A model generated the notes under the pieces. It was not told where the DNA came from. It saw only the letters and a list, made by a program, of their open reading frames with translations, and did no database searches. Of a stretch of DNA of 64,000 bases, positions 27,201 through 41,014 are shown one piece after another. Source of the stretch: Nageia nagi (Eukaryota; Plantae; Pinophyta); NCBI GenBank assembly GCA_050084985.1, contig JBITNC010000001.1:153884001-153948000 (forward strand). Direction: 5' to 3'. Each line of letters opens with the position of its first letter. Within the stretch, counting starts at the first letter, position 1. The position numbers were made by a program, and so were the translations under genes.

Positions 27201-27647
27201 TGGTTGTTCCATCAGAGAGAGGTAGGGAAGCCTAGGCTTGGCCTTGCTGCTGTTGCAATTGGTGAGGCCCTGGAGCCATCCACAATAACCCTATTGAAGG
27301 CAATCCAAGTGTAAGTTCCTTAGGTCCAAAAATATATGTAATTGAGCTCTTCATTACTATATCAATACAATTCCATTATTTTAATATCATTCTACTATTG
27401 TTTCATAATTGCTTGGACGTTGGATCTAGAAGTGTGCTTTGGCATTGTTTATTTATGTTGGCTTCCTAAGCACGTGCATTAGGTAATTAAGCATAATTGT
27501 GGATTGTTCACTTCATTCTCACCATCAATAGCTAGACGTTGGATGTTTTGTGTTATTTTGTGCTTGATTGGTGAGATATGAAGGATAAAGGTAAACATCC
27601 CTCTCCCAGGGGATGTTTGAGCATGAGCCAATGGTTTGGGCTCATCA
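24294..27647 (+). mobile_element. 3' part of a degenerate non-autonomous LTR element with 3' LTR ~26128-27647
   Basis: Broken + frames (25072-25491, 25817-26266) ending FLGDKQFWSCGFVMS into tgtaatgtccc at 26128; tataaaagg near 27023; ends gggctcatca. TSD not found. Confidence 0.65.
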
Positions 27648-28412
27648 TAGTGTAAAAGAAATGAAAAATTAAAGAAAAGAAAACTGAGAATGAGGTGAAA
27701 TACTAGCTAGATTTCAAAGAGGCAGTCACAATGCAGTATTATTTAAATTTTCTTTCTTTCAAATCGGTTAAGAAATCTTGTTCAATTCCATCAAGTCTTT
27801 CAAACAAATAATTTTTGTCCAATCATTCCAAACATGAGCAACAAGTGGAGCTGACTATCAATACTCTACAAGCAAAACCGATGCAATCAAATGGACTAAG
27901 TGTGAGTGAAGGTGAATGGCTTTGAACAAGAGGTCTAGGAAGATGTATTAAGAGAAAAGTTAATTTAGAATACAAAACATTTAACATGCAAGCAATGGAT
28001 TAGCAACAATTCAAGAGAATTCAAACAATTTTGAAAAGTTCCATATCTTTTTAGCAAGGACAAGACACTTGAGATCACCACATTGGACATGTACTTGGGA
28101 CTTCAAATTGTAGGGATCTCCCTCAATGTTAAGCCTATTGTTTGATCATATTTTTATAAGGGATATCTCTTTCTTTCTACTTTGAATTGTCAATGCTTCC
28201 AAATTTATGCCCAAAGACATCCTTGCAAAGATGCATATCTTTGATGATATAATGAAGTGTATAGTTCTTATGGCTTTTAGGTTTGGTACCTACAAACTAG
28301 GCATGTATTAAGTGCTTTTTATATCTCCAACTTGTGATCTATAGTCAAAGGATAGTCATGGGTGATCATATATAATAAGTAGAGATAGATGTCTCAACCA
28401 AGGTTACGTGGA

Positions 28413-29623
28413 TGTGACGTCCCCTTTGCATGATCATAATTAATTGTGGAATCCAATGGATTCCTCTTGTAATATATTTTATTATTGCATTGTAATTTCA
28501 TGTTGTAACTTGGGATAGAAGACTTAATGGATCAATGGACCCCACTGTAAGCCCCAAGTGGGATGTCTCCCCCCCAAGCTTAGATTAGGTGTTATTATTG
28601 TACTTGGAGATTCTGATCTTGATTGTGGGAATCCAAAAGTTTGTTATTACACCTAAATGGATGGATGGACACTTATATGCATGTACCAGCCTTAGGGAGG
28701 CTCTCATACCCCCATGTCGGTCCGACATGATAGCTAGACCCACGCATGACTCCTTGACCCACGTGGGCATGCATGGCACTCCTAGAACCCCACGTTGGCA
28801 CTTAATGCACTCCAGGCCCCCACTTTGGGCATTCTGGGCCCCCACAAGGCTAACGATGGGATTAAGGAGCCAACTGATGACTCCTAGGTGAGATTTGGAC
28901 AAAGTTGAATGCATAAAGAGACATGGAGGCCTCATTGTTGGATATACCTAATTATTATTATACTACATATCATCCAAAGGAGAACAAGACTTAGCAGTGC
29001 TAAGGAATCCCCTAGGTGCAACATTAGGAGGGTTTTCAGCTTGAAGGATCTTGATCGTCTATGACATTAGTGTAGCACCCTTGCCCATACGATGGTATTC
29101 AAATGTTGAGCTTCTACCATTCAGTTGATTGCTAGGATCAAAGGAGGGCTCCTTCGATGGAGAGGATTAAGGTTCCGAGGGAGCAAGGTTGTCCCATGGT
29201 TCTATCATTCGTCCGACAGTGAGATATTCAGTTGTGCCCTAGTTGGCTCCTTGAAAGCCAACATTAGCCCTATTGGGCCTGATATTGTATTGTTGAGCAT
29301 TGTACATCTTATATACAATCGTTGGGCATTTGGACCTCATGTTGTGTTGTTATTGTGTCCATTATTGCAACATTGTGGTATAATTGTTCACTTATGCATG
29401 TATGAGCTAGACATTGGCATTGTGAGAGTTTGTGCTTTGATATCTACTTGTATTGGCCAGATGTTTGCATCTTGGTGTTGTGTGAACTTGTAGTGGATGC
29501 CCTAGCTTAGACGTTGGTAATATTGTGTGGTTTATGCTTGTAATTGATGCCCTAGGCTTGACGTCAGGGTTCATGGAATTGAATTTGCTAATATGTACTT
29601 GAGGGTGTGTTTGGATCCTTACA
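28413..29623 (+). mobile_element. Solo LTR, 1211 bp
   Basis: TGTGACGTCC...GGATCCTTACA; perfect TSD GTGGA; related in reverse orientation to 30240-31418. Confidence 0.92.
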
Positions 29624-32600
29624 GTGGAGAACTAGATGCAGGTGTGTTTACATACAATATTCTTGTGTAGGTGACTTTGACCCTAAAATTTAGGTGGGGT
29701 TAGGTATGGCCATATTAAAAAAAATTAAAAAATATATTTATTCTTTAAAAAAATTAGCAACTTTTATTAACTTGGGTTTTCAATTTTTATAATTGCATTA
29801 TAACAATGTAATATTCCAAACTAGGGAAAGTATAATTTATAGCAAAACAACAAATTCCAATTTAAGCTTATTACTCCAAACTTAAGTAAATTAGCAAACG
29901 ATGCCCTAGCTTATGTGGAATATTTAAATAACTCAAATATTTGTCAAATTAACCCTAAAACAAGATGAATCATGCAAGTGCCCAAAATAAGGAAATTAGG
30001 TAAACATACCTGATGTGGCGAACTCATACTTAAATATTCTGAAATTAAGGCAAATAAATGAGACACAAAATCATGAGATAAATACCAATACTATTGAAAT
30101 ATTCAGATGAACCAAGAATGTGACCTCAAAGAGCTCAAATGTTCTCCAAGGGAGTGACATCTCACCAAGGAGTTAAGAACACCACAATGAAGATTCCAAA
30201 AATGCACCAAATTATCTCCTTGAAGATTACATCTCACTTTGTAATGATCCAAATACAATCTCAAGTGCAAATTAGCAATTTCAACCAAGAAAATACCCAA
30301 GTCTGGCCTAGAAGTGCAAATTCAAGTATTTAAACTCTCACAATGCCAACATTAGGGTTAGGGCATTAATTCCAAACTTGCACAACACAACAATGCTAAC
30401 ATCTAGCTTATACATGCATGAATGAGTAAACAAACCACAACGTTGCAATAGTAAAGCATACACAAGAAAAATATGGTTATCGAATGCCCAACGACTGTAT
30501 ATAAGATAAATGATGATCAACAATACCATACCAGGCCCGATAGGGTTGATGTTGGCCTCAAGGGAGCCAACTAGGGCACAATGTGTATCCCCAAACTGGA
30601 CGGACGGATGGGACAATCTTGCTCCCTCAAAACCTGAATCCTCTCCACTGAAGGAGCCTTCCTCTAATCCTGGAAACCACTGAAGGTAGAAGCACAACCT
30701 TGGAATACCACCGAATGGGTAAGGGTGCTATACAAATGTCATAGACTAATAAGATCCCTCAACCTACTAATCCTCCTAGATGCTACACCTAGGGTTTTGC
30801 TTAGCGTTGCGCTAAGTCTCTTATCCTTTGGATGGTATCAAAGAATATAATAATCAAGTATATCCAGTTATGATGCTCGAGTGCCTTTTTATACACTTTA
30901 CTGGATCTGTATCTCACCTAGGAGTCATTACCTAGCTCCTCTAATCCAACGTTAGCTTCCTGGGGCCCAAAAGGCCCAACATGGGTGCATAGGGGTCAAG
31001 CATGTCCAACGTGGTGGCTCAGGTGCCATAAATGCCAACATGGGGGTATGGAGTGCCAAGCATGCCTAAAGTAGCTCTAGGAGCCATGCTTGAGGGTTGG
31101 GTGTCATCATGGGCCAATGTGAGGTCTAGGAGTCTCCCTAAGGCTGGCGCATGTACATAAGTGCTCATCCATCCACCTAAGTGCTAAATAGACCTTGGGA
31201 TTCCCAAAATCATGATTAGGATCTCCAAGTACAATAAAACTCCTAATTTATGTTTAGGAGGGAGATGTCCCACTTGGGGCTCACAGTGGGGTCCATTGAC
31301 CCATTAAGTCTTCTATCCCAAGTCCTAACTTAAACCACAACTAAATAATAAAATATATTACAAAAGTAAATTCATCGAATTCCATAATTAATTATAATGA
31401 TAGAAGTGGGACGTCACAAAGCCTTCCCTTTCGAATTGCTTGCCCTCAAGTAATAGTGGAAGTCTATAGCATATTGTCTTCCAAGAATCTTTCAGCTTGG
31501 TGGACCGCAATCTCCTAAAGTTGAATGCAACTCTCTCCCTAATGAGAATCCTATGCAATATGTTGGAACTGCATTCCCATACATTACTAATGCATGCAAA
31601 ATTTTTGATATGATGTGACTATTACTCCCTATCAGGTACTGCATGGCTGTCTTCAGGAAATAGGGGAGTGTATGAAAGCCTCCAAGGGAAAGTACTTGCA
31701 AGAACCTCAAGTAAATCATAGGTAAGTTAAAACAAGTGGCGCCTATTGGTATGTTTTTCTTTCCTAGTCCAAAACATGCACAAGACTTGGAGGAAACAAC
31801 GTTACATGTTTCCATCTGAAAGGACTGGTTACCTGAAGTACTCACATGGAATATGGTCTAGGGAACAATGGTCAGAGATGCATGTTGTTAACCATATACA
31901 AGGGAAATACACACCGTTGAGGTTGTTTTCCACAATGAGGAAAGACTGCAAATGTGAACGGAAGCAAAGAAAGATTACAAATGCAAGGACAAATAAAGGG
32001 ATAAGTGCATAGGAATATAAAGAAAGATGAACTTATGAAGATATCACCAGTGATGCAGTGTCTCAGCAGGTCATCTTTGGATTCATTAAGGCGGGTGTAT
32101 TCACTATCAAGTCAGGAAGCAAATAGCAATATGCATTCAAATCACTACCAGCCGAGAGCAAGCAGCTGTAGGGTCTTGATGGAAGACTCGGTGGGACAAG
32201 AGTAAATGAGGTGAGGACATGAATACATGGGCCTAACCGAATGACATAGAGACAAGCTATATGCCCCATAATACATTCACTTGCATGCAAATCATTCAAA
32301 GAATAACTTAAACCATTTCAACAAATATTCCATGTGCAACTTCAGAAGGAAAAACTATTCACACATGCATAATCCCACAAATGAAAATCTCCACAGTATT
32401 TATTTTATAGCACTATTCCTAAAAGAAATCAATTTATAACAATTTCAATGATATGAACAATATCATTCCTTTCCTTGTAGCAGCATCCTCAACATGATAT
32501 TCAAAGTATACCAAAGATGTAATGATATGCAATCATAACAAGCACAGAACCCCTTATGCAGCCAACTTCTATGCGATGGAATGTTGAAATCTTTCATATG

Positions 32601-33009
32601 CAAATTCACATACATGCAAAATCTCTATAGATAGACAATGATATGTGGAAATGGCACATATGCTATGTATTCTTCAGTTTTGCAAATGCAAAGGAATTCC
32701 TCCGATTCTTACAAATGCAAAATCTCATGCAATCTTATGCAAAAATCCTAAATCCCAAAATCCCCTTCTAAATGGCCTTGATGTAGTATATATAGACCAT
32801 TAAAAGTGTTTCCCTAAAGGCATCAAATTTGATATGGTGTGCACACACACAACACACATACCGATACAAAATCAAATTGCTTACATAAAAATATACAAAT
32901 GCTACTTAAAAATTGACAAAATATAAATGCCACTATCAAAATGCATTTAATCTACCTCTAATCTAGTCAAAAATGAATCAGATATGTAGTAAATGTCTAA
33001 CAAGTCTAA

Positions 33010-33178
33010 CATCTAAACCGGTGGGAGCAAAACCTCATCCCTACACTGGTCAGAGTCATAAATGAGTATGAAAGATTTGATCTGGCAAGAGCAAAACCTC
33101 ATCCTTACACCGATCAGAGTCATAAATGAGTATGAAAGATTTGATCTGGCGGGAGCAAAACCTCACCCCTACACCATT
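33010..33178. repeat. 64-bp tandem repeat just downstream of the unit's ORF
   Basis: gagcaaaacctca at 33025, 33089 and 33153; two units in the other copies (~37345/37409, ~45578/45643). Confidence 0.85.
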
Positions 33179-34215
33179 CAAATCAAGTAAATGAAGTTTG
33201 ATCATAACAACTATAATAAAATATGCATTTAACAAAAGAAATATAATCACAGATGGAATCTACGAGTGGATCAGATCTAGACCACATCTAATCTGGTACT
33301 GGCAAAGTTCCACTCCTTGCTGGTGAGATCGTACAATTCAATGGTCTCCTCCAAGAACACCATAGTATTCTGCACACCCCTGGAGATCATGCCAACGATG
33401 GTTCCATTTTTTCGGAAATAGTGCCCCATCTGGTCGGATGTAACCTGCATCTGATATCTCCAAATGACCATCCGTCTCTCGTGGATGATAGGATGCCTTG
33501 CCTTTAGCAAACTACAATCATCTACGTCCAAATGCTCCTATATTAGGTTTTGAGCCTCTGCCACTACTGCTTCCTTCTTCCTCACGATGTTATCCTCCCC
33601 TTGGAACTTTAGTTGATAGACATACTTGCTCATTTGCTCCTTGACCTCTTTCCTCAAGGGGATTCCAAGTTTCAAAACTGCATTACACTATGCAATTGCA
33701 TGCTTCAACCAGTCATGATGGTAAGCAAATTAATGGAAGTAGACTAATTTCTCGGGCTTGTCAATGAAAACTTGCTGCAGATGGGAGATGTTGGGGAGGT
33801 AGCTGTCCAACTTGTTGATATGTGTTGTAATTTGTGCTCTAAGATCTTGTATTTCCACACCCTCTTCTAGGAGCTTGTAAATTTGAGAAGATAACTTCTC
33901 AATAGTTTCCATCATCTCTTTCATCAACTCCCGACCTTCATGGAACGAGGTTTGCTTCTTCAGGTCAAGAGGGGTGGTACTAATAGTATGGAATTCCTTG
34001 ATGATTTTCTTGCTGGCCATGAGCTCCCTTTTCAATCTCTTCACCTTTTTTTTGTCTTCATAACTCTCTTGTTCCATGACTGTAGTGTTTTGAGTTACTA
34101 TGTGCTCGCGGGGGTGTCAATCCCAATTTCATAGGCATCTTGAATGTCTCTATCATATAGTCTTCTGTCCTCTAAGGATGTTTCTCCTTCGAATAACAAT
34201 GACTAATGGAGATCT

Positions 34216-35617
34216 TGTGATGATCTAAAATCACCTTCAGCAAAAACAAACCAAGCTAGGACTCAAGCACCCAACAATTGCCCTCCAGGGCATACAAACA
34301 CCTCAATGCACCAACGTGGGCCTCCTAGGTCTTCCAAACTACACACCACACCAAACAATGATCCCATAAAGCTAACATCAGCCCCTAGGGCTTCTCCAAC
34401 ACTAAGCTAACCACATGAATGCAACACAACAATAATGGATGACACAAAAATACCCATGATGGGGCCACACCACAATACGGAGCTAGAACAAGCTTCCAAC
34501 ACCAGTATATCACAATGCATGCATACTAAGGGAACAACACAATGATGAGAGAGACACAAGCTGTATTATATCATGGAAAAACAATGGAGTACAATGAGGA
34601 TCTCAACATTCAAATCTAGGGTTCCAAACCCTTGTACAAGCCAAACACCATAGGAAAGAATAACTCCCTCAGACTCCAAATCCTCTCCTACAAAAGAGCC
34701 TCCTCGAACCCTAGTGACCATTGAAGGTAGAAGCTCACCCTCAAAATACCACCAGATGGACTAGGTGACCCACCTAAGTCGTAGAATGCTAGGCTTCCAA
34801 CACTTTCACTCCTCTAGACACCATTTAGGAATAATACTCAGCATCGCCAAGACTTGTATGCCCGATCGGGTTCAATATAGAAGAAGTATAATCAATATCT
34901 AACCTCATCATTGCACTCCATCCTCATTATATAGTCTCTCCTAGATCTCACCTAGGAATCATGCGCATGCCTCTCTATTCCAATGTTGCCTAGGGATACC
35001 TATAATCACAAGATCCAATGGCTAGATATGCAACGCCTTGGAATCATGCATCACAACTTAGACAAATGGTCCCATTACTATTGCTACATGCAATGAATAC
35101 ACATCACAATATACTCACATCCCAAGGAGTGGGATGTCACATTTCAAGGGGTCAATATAGAGTTGTTCATAGATTTCCGTGGATGGCCACAAAGTGCAAG
35201 AGTGGTCCAACTGGTGAACTTCAAGAGCCCATAACTCCTTTGTCCCTTGATGAAACCATGTTGTGTGACCTATCAAAATGTTGCCCACAAGATGCCCTAC
35301 CTGAAGAACCAATCATATCAACTCTCTAAGACCTATGGTGAACTCTATCTTCTGAAAGGGTATGTTACAAGGATTCCCACAATCCAGGATTACCCGTACA
35401 CACAACACTACATTGGGATTCCCGCAATTTAGGATTACCCATACACATAACGCAACATCACTACTCAAGGGGAGATGTCCCATTTCTAGGCTCATACTGG
35501 GGTCCACAAACCATAAGCTCCTGCTTGAGTTACACAAGTACAACATGACCATAAACAAACACTAGATTACAAAGTGACCATGACAAATTTTGTCAATAGT
35601 CCAAATGGGACGTCACA
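34216..35617 (-). mobile_element. Solo LTR, 1402 bp (family A, mosaic U3)
   Basis: TGTGATGATC...GACGTCACA; TSD GATCT/AATCT; the empty site gagatctcctt is intact in paralogs at ~38468 and ~46697. Confidence 0.92.
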
Positions 35618-37523
35618 AATCTCCTTCCGGGAGGTGGAAACAAATGTTTCAACCCTCTTGATCTTCTCACCATCGGATAGCTCCTCTTCTTCTTCTTCAT
35701 AGTGTAGATTCTGATCTATTTCTTCATCATGAGATGTACTCATGCTAAGGGCTCTAAGGTAGGCATCTAAGTAAAGGTCTGGATGTTCGGTTGCTAGTTG
35801 CAGAGGAAGCCTCTGCACCAATAATCGACCTTTGTTGATTTTCTTGACCTCTTTGGTCGGAGTGGTCTGAATAAGGGCAATCTCTTTACCTTGGTGCTCG
35901 TCTTGCTTTCTCTTCTACTTTTGCTCTTCAGTCTCCCCTTTGTCTTCTTCGTCTCCTCCATTGCCACCTATTGATATGCCTTTTTTCCATGGATGAGGGG
36001 ATCTTTCATGGTTGGTTCTCTTTACAAGGGGTTTTTGGGAAGACAAAGGTGACCTCTTTCTATGCTCGGTAGGAGAGGGTTTGGAGGCACCCACCTCTCT
36101 GGCACACTTTACTCTAACGACTTGGACCTCATCATCATCATAGGTCCTATTGGTATGTTTTTCTTTCCTTGCTCAAAACATGCACAAGACTTGGAGGAAA
36201 CGACGCTACTTGTTCCTACCTGAAAGGACTGGTTACCTGAAGCGCTCACATGGAATATGGTCTTGATGGCTCAGAAGTCAAAGATGCATGTTGTTAACTG
36301 TATACAAGGGAAACTCGTGTCAGGATTCCTTTCTTTAATGAGGAAAGACTAAAAATGTGAACAAAAGTGAAGAAAGATCACAAATGTAGGGGAAGAACAT
36401 AGGGATAAATGCAATGGAATGTGAGGAAAAGAAGGATCTACGAGGGCATCACCAGGGATACAGTGTCTCAGTAGGTTATACTACAGATTTATTAAGGTCG
36501 ATACGCTCACTATCAAGCCAAGCAATAAATAGCAAAAATGTTCAAATCACTGCTAGACAAGAGCAAGAAGCTGTAGGGTCTTTATGGAAGACTCAATGGA
36601 AAGGGTAAAGATGGAGTGAGGGCGTAAGTGCAGTAACCTAACTGAATGATATAAAGACAAGCTGTAAGCCTCAAAATATATCCACTTGCATGCAAACTAT
36701 GCAAAAAAAAAAGGATCAAACTCTTTCACAAAATAAACAATATGCAGTTCATAGAGAGAAACATTCAAATATGCATAATCCCACAAATGATGTTCCTCAT
36801 AGTATGAGTTTATGATTTTATTCCTCTAAACAAAACACATTCATATTGATTTCCAATAATAGAACATGCATAGAACCCCTTATGCAGCAATATTCTATGC
36901 AATGGAATATGGATTTTATGATATGCAAAAGCTCAAAATGATTATATGAATGAACTCAATAGCCACAATCTCAAGATGCAAGAACTCTAGTATATGATGC
37001 ATACATTATGTGCAAAGTCCCATGCAAAAATAGTACAAGATCATATCAAAAATTCCTCATGCAAACTCCCATATGTCCAAATCCCCTTCTAAATGGCCTG
37101 AATGGGGTATAAATAGGCCATTAGAAGTGATGTCCTAAAGGCATCAAATCTGGGCATGCGCACACATGCAATGCACATACCGATACAAAATCAGATATCA
37201 TCATACAAAACTATATAAGTGGCATCTAAAGCTGACAAAATATAGATGCCACAGCCACAATGCATCTATTCTACCTCTATTCTATCCAACAAAAAATCAT
37301 ATAGGCAATAAATAGACTAAAATGTCTAATGTCAAAATTGGCAGGAGCAAAACCTCATCCCTGCACCGGTTAGAGACATGAATGAGTCTGACAAATCTGA
37401 TTTGGCAAGAGCAAAACCTTATCCCTACGTCAATCAAATCAAGGTAAAGTCTAACAATCACTTGTATGCAGTAATCATAAAAAAAAAAGAATACCATAGG
37501 GGAATCCTGCGGGTGAATCAGAT

Positions 37524-40500
37524 CTAGGCTAGATCTGATTCAATACGAGCGGAGTTCCACTCTTCACTGGTGAGACCATAGGACTCGATGATCTCCTCCA
37601 AGAATGCCACGGTCTTCTACACCCCCCTAGAGATCATAGCAATGGTACTACCATTCCACTAGAAGTAATCCTCAATCTTCTTGATAGTGGCATGCATTTG
37701 GTACCTCCAGACAACCATCCGCCTCATGCTCAATAGGAATCCTTGCCTTCAACAAGTTTAAGTCCTCGATCTCAAGATGCTCCTCGATTAGATTTTGGGC
37801 CTCTACCAACATTGCTTCCTTCTTTCGAACATTGTTGTCCTCCCCTTGGAATTTGAAATGATAAAGCTATTCGTTCATTTGTTCCTCTACCTCCTTTTGC
37901 AAAGGGATTTTTACTTTAAGGATAGCATTGCATTTCTCGAGTCCGTGGTTCAACCAATCATGGTGATAGGTGAACTCATGGTAGTAGACCAATTTTTTGG
38001 GGTTATCGGCAAAAGTGTGCTGCAAGTGGGAGACATTAGGTAGTTAACTATCCAACTGGCCAAGGTGAGTAGTAATCTGAGCTCTGAAATCCCTGATCTC
38101 AACACCCTTGGCTAGGATCTTGTAAATGTGTGAAGACAATCTCTCGATGGTCTCCATCATCTCATTCTTGTGTTGGTCCTTCATGAGTTCCCACCCCTCA
38201 TGGAAAGAAATTTGTTTTTGTAAATGTAAGGGAGTGGTACTGATTTTTTGGAACTCTTTTATATTTTTTCTATTGGTCATGAGCTCCTTCTTTAATCTCT
38301 TTACTTCCCTTTTGGCTTCATAGCCTTCCTGTTCCATGACTGGAGCATTTTGGGTAACAATGTGTTTCCTAGTCGTTAACCCCATTTTGACTGGCATCTT
38401 AAAAGTTTCAATAAGATAGTCCTCAATCCTCTGAGGATGCTTCTCCTTTGAGTAGCAATGGCTAATAGAGATCTCCTTTCGAGAGGTGGAGACAAAGGTG
38501 TCCACCCTCCAAATTATCTCCCCATTCGATAGTTCTTCTTCCTCATCCTCAGATCGCAAGTCCTAGTCTATATCTTCATCACAAGATATATTCATGTTGA
38601 GGGCTCTGAGGCATGCATCTAGGTTGAGGTTTGGATGTTCGATTGCTAGTTGAGGGGGAAACCTTTGAACCAACAACCTTCCTTTATCAACTTTCTTGGC
38701 CTCCTTTGCTAGGGTAGTTGGAACTACTACTATCTCCTTGGCCTGATGCTCTTCCTGCCTTCTCTTCTTCTTCTGTTCTTCTGTCTCTCTCTCATCCTCT
38801 TCATCTCCTCCATTACCACCTAGAGATATGCTTGTTTTTCGAAGCTAGGGAGATTTATCATGACTTCTCTTAGTAGAGGTTTTACATGAGGGAGACCTTT
38901 TCTTGGGCTCGACAGGAGAGGATTTGGAGGCAGCCACCTCTCTAGCACATTTTTGGTGAAATATCTGGATGTCATCATCATAAGTGCCTACATCCACTAT
39001 TTCATCTTCCGGGATGGTTTCTATTTCCATCTCATCAGGCACTGAAGCACCAATGGCTATCTTCAGGCTGATGTGAGTGGTCAGCATTGGCATCACCTCC
39101 CTCTTCCTCTTCTCTCTGGCTCTCTGACTCTTCTGCAAAGTCTTTAGCCGTATGGTCATGGTTTCCATCAGCTTCATCGGAAGAAGAGAAAGAGGGCTCG
39201 GAGCTACTAGGACCTTGTTTTAAAGGGGGAATGTTCCCTCTTTTCCCAGGAGAATGAGTTGATTTGGAAGGAATCACTTCCATAGGGGAGTCACTCCCAC
39301 AGGATGTGTTTATCATACATCTAAAGGGAGAGCACAATACCCAACATCTCAAAGGTCAGTTTCCAACACACTACGCTTGCTAGGCCCTGGAAGAGGCTCT
39401 CTTAGGGCCTCTTGCCTTTTTCTTGCAGAAAGCAAGGACTTGGGTGAGGACATTGTGTGGGTAGGAGATTTGATTTTCAAAGTAGCCTCCTTAGGTCAAG
39501 GTTTGATAGTTCAAAATTTTTGAGGGGGCTTTTTTGTTTGAAGGGGAACCTTCTTTTTCAAATGAGTTGTGATACGTGCAATTTCCCTTTCGTCTTGCAT
39601 ATTCGTATAACTTTCTTCATCTCCTAATGATTTGTGAGGAAATGGAATGGGCCGATGAAAAGTAGAGTCATAGAAATGGGCAATCGCCCCCTCGGGATCA
39701 TAGTTCCTTGCAACAGCTTCCTTGAAGAAGTTATACTATTGTAACTCCTCCCGCATGTGTGTTGCCTCCACCCAAGTCTGGCACACATCCAGATATAGAA
39801 ATAGGCAAGTTGATGGTGGTGTTTTTCTTATTCTAGACCTTCTCCTTCAGGAACAAGAGTTGCTTGGTAAACTCCATGAGGACCAAACTCTCACTGGCAT
39901 ACCTGGGCAGGAGCATGGGTTGCTCCTTTGAACCATAAACTCTGATGTAGGTGAAGTCAACATCTTGTAGGAAAAAGTATGCATGCACGTGAATAGCCTG
40001 GATGGTAGCATCACAGATCCTCTTCACCACGGACTCTCCCTTGATATCCTTGTAGATATCATATTCCCATGTGTTAATCCTTTCATAAAAATACTCAAAT
40101 TTATTCTAGCACCAACATTTCTGGTATGCCCTCCACATGGGAGTGTTCTTCTCTCCCAAGTACCTCTCATCAACTAACTCCCTAGATCTAACCTTGTCGT
40201 GCAGTAACATGTATACAAGGTAAGAGTTCATGTAGAATCTCTTTTAGGAGCCAAACAAAGACAACTGGTAGTGTAGGGCATCACTAATAACCCCTGCCCA
40301 CCTAATGGACCTCCCTGAACTGATTGCAACTATAAATCTTGTGAAATCCCTTCGGTACTTGGTATCATTCTCTTGGTCGGTTACTTTTGATAACATGATG
40401 ATCAATTTTGCCACCATTGAAAGAAATTCTTCTCTTTGTGCACTGATCAACCTTTTCCCTTGAAGGTTCTAAAATTCCTCAAGCAACCAGAGCCTAATAT

Positions 40501-41014
40501 AGTCCCTAGGTCAGGAAGTGGAATCATGAAACTCCTCCAAATGCACCAATGTATATTCATCCCCGTAACGTTTCCAGCCAAAAGCTGCTTCAATACCAGT
40601 AGGGGTTAAGTCCATGATTACATTACCTTCTGTATCCCATAGCACTCTCTTGCTGAAATCACACCTCCTTTCCACTTCACTACACAAGTCGGGAAAAGGT
40701 ACTGCAAATGGTATCATGGTGGCATTGAACAAGCCACACGTGAGGATAAGTTCTACAGATAGGTCCTCCTTGCTGAGAGAGCTTGTAGAGGCCAAGGTCA
40801 TAATTGGGTCCAAGTCACCCCAATCAGTGTCACCAATAAAGATATATTTCCCCTTGAATTTGGCCTCGAGGAGCTCTGGTTTGCCTTTCGGCTGAAATTC
40901 TATCAAACTCTCCTTCAAAAGTCAAGTCATCTGGCTATTAGTCACATGCCTCTTGAATAATTGGCTTTGGTTCTTTTTGGCCTTCAAAGTGGGTACTTTA
41001 GTGCTTGAAGCCAT
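37524..41014 (-). pseudogene. Disrupted ~1160-codon gene of unknown function: conserved N-terminal globular domain, S/P/K/E-rich linker, coiled-coil/helical C-terminus; resembles retrotransposon accessory ORFs
   Basis: Fragments 40511-40918, 40244-40450, 39833-40030, 38845-39177 and 38044-38559 join through stops and frameshifts. GDTDWG.LDP, GIEAAFGWKRYGD and RFYMNSYLVY are conserved across copies; FTYIRVYG...LLPRY is seen in this copy. Confidence 0.75.

Noticed and set aside
12213-27647. One element with 5' LTR at 12213 and 3' LTR at 26128-27647
   Set aside because: The LTR starts are homologous, but the flanks do not form a TSD and the PBS region is missing; left as separate fragments
27648-30239. 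Host exons or a DNA-transposon relic in the non-LTR spacer around the 28413 solo LTR
   Set aside because: No convincing reading frame, terminal inverted repeats or LAZ1-like peptide found
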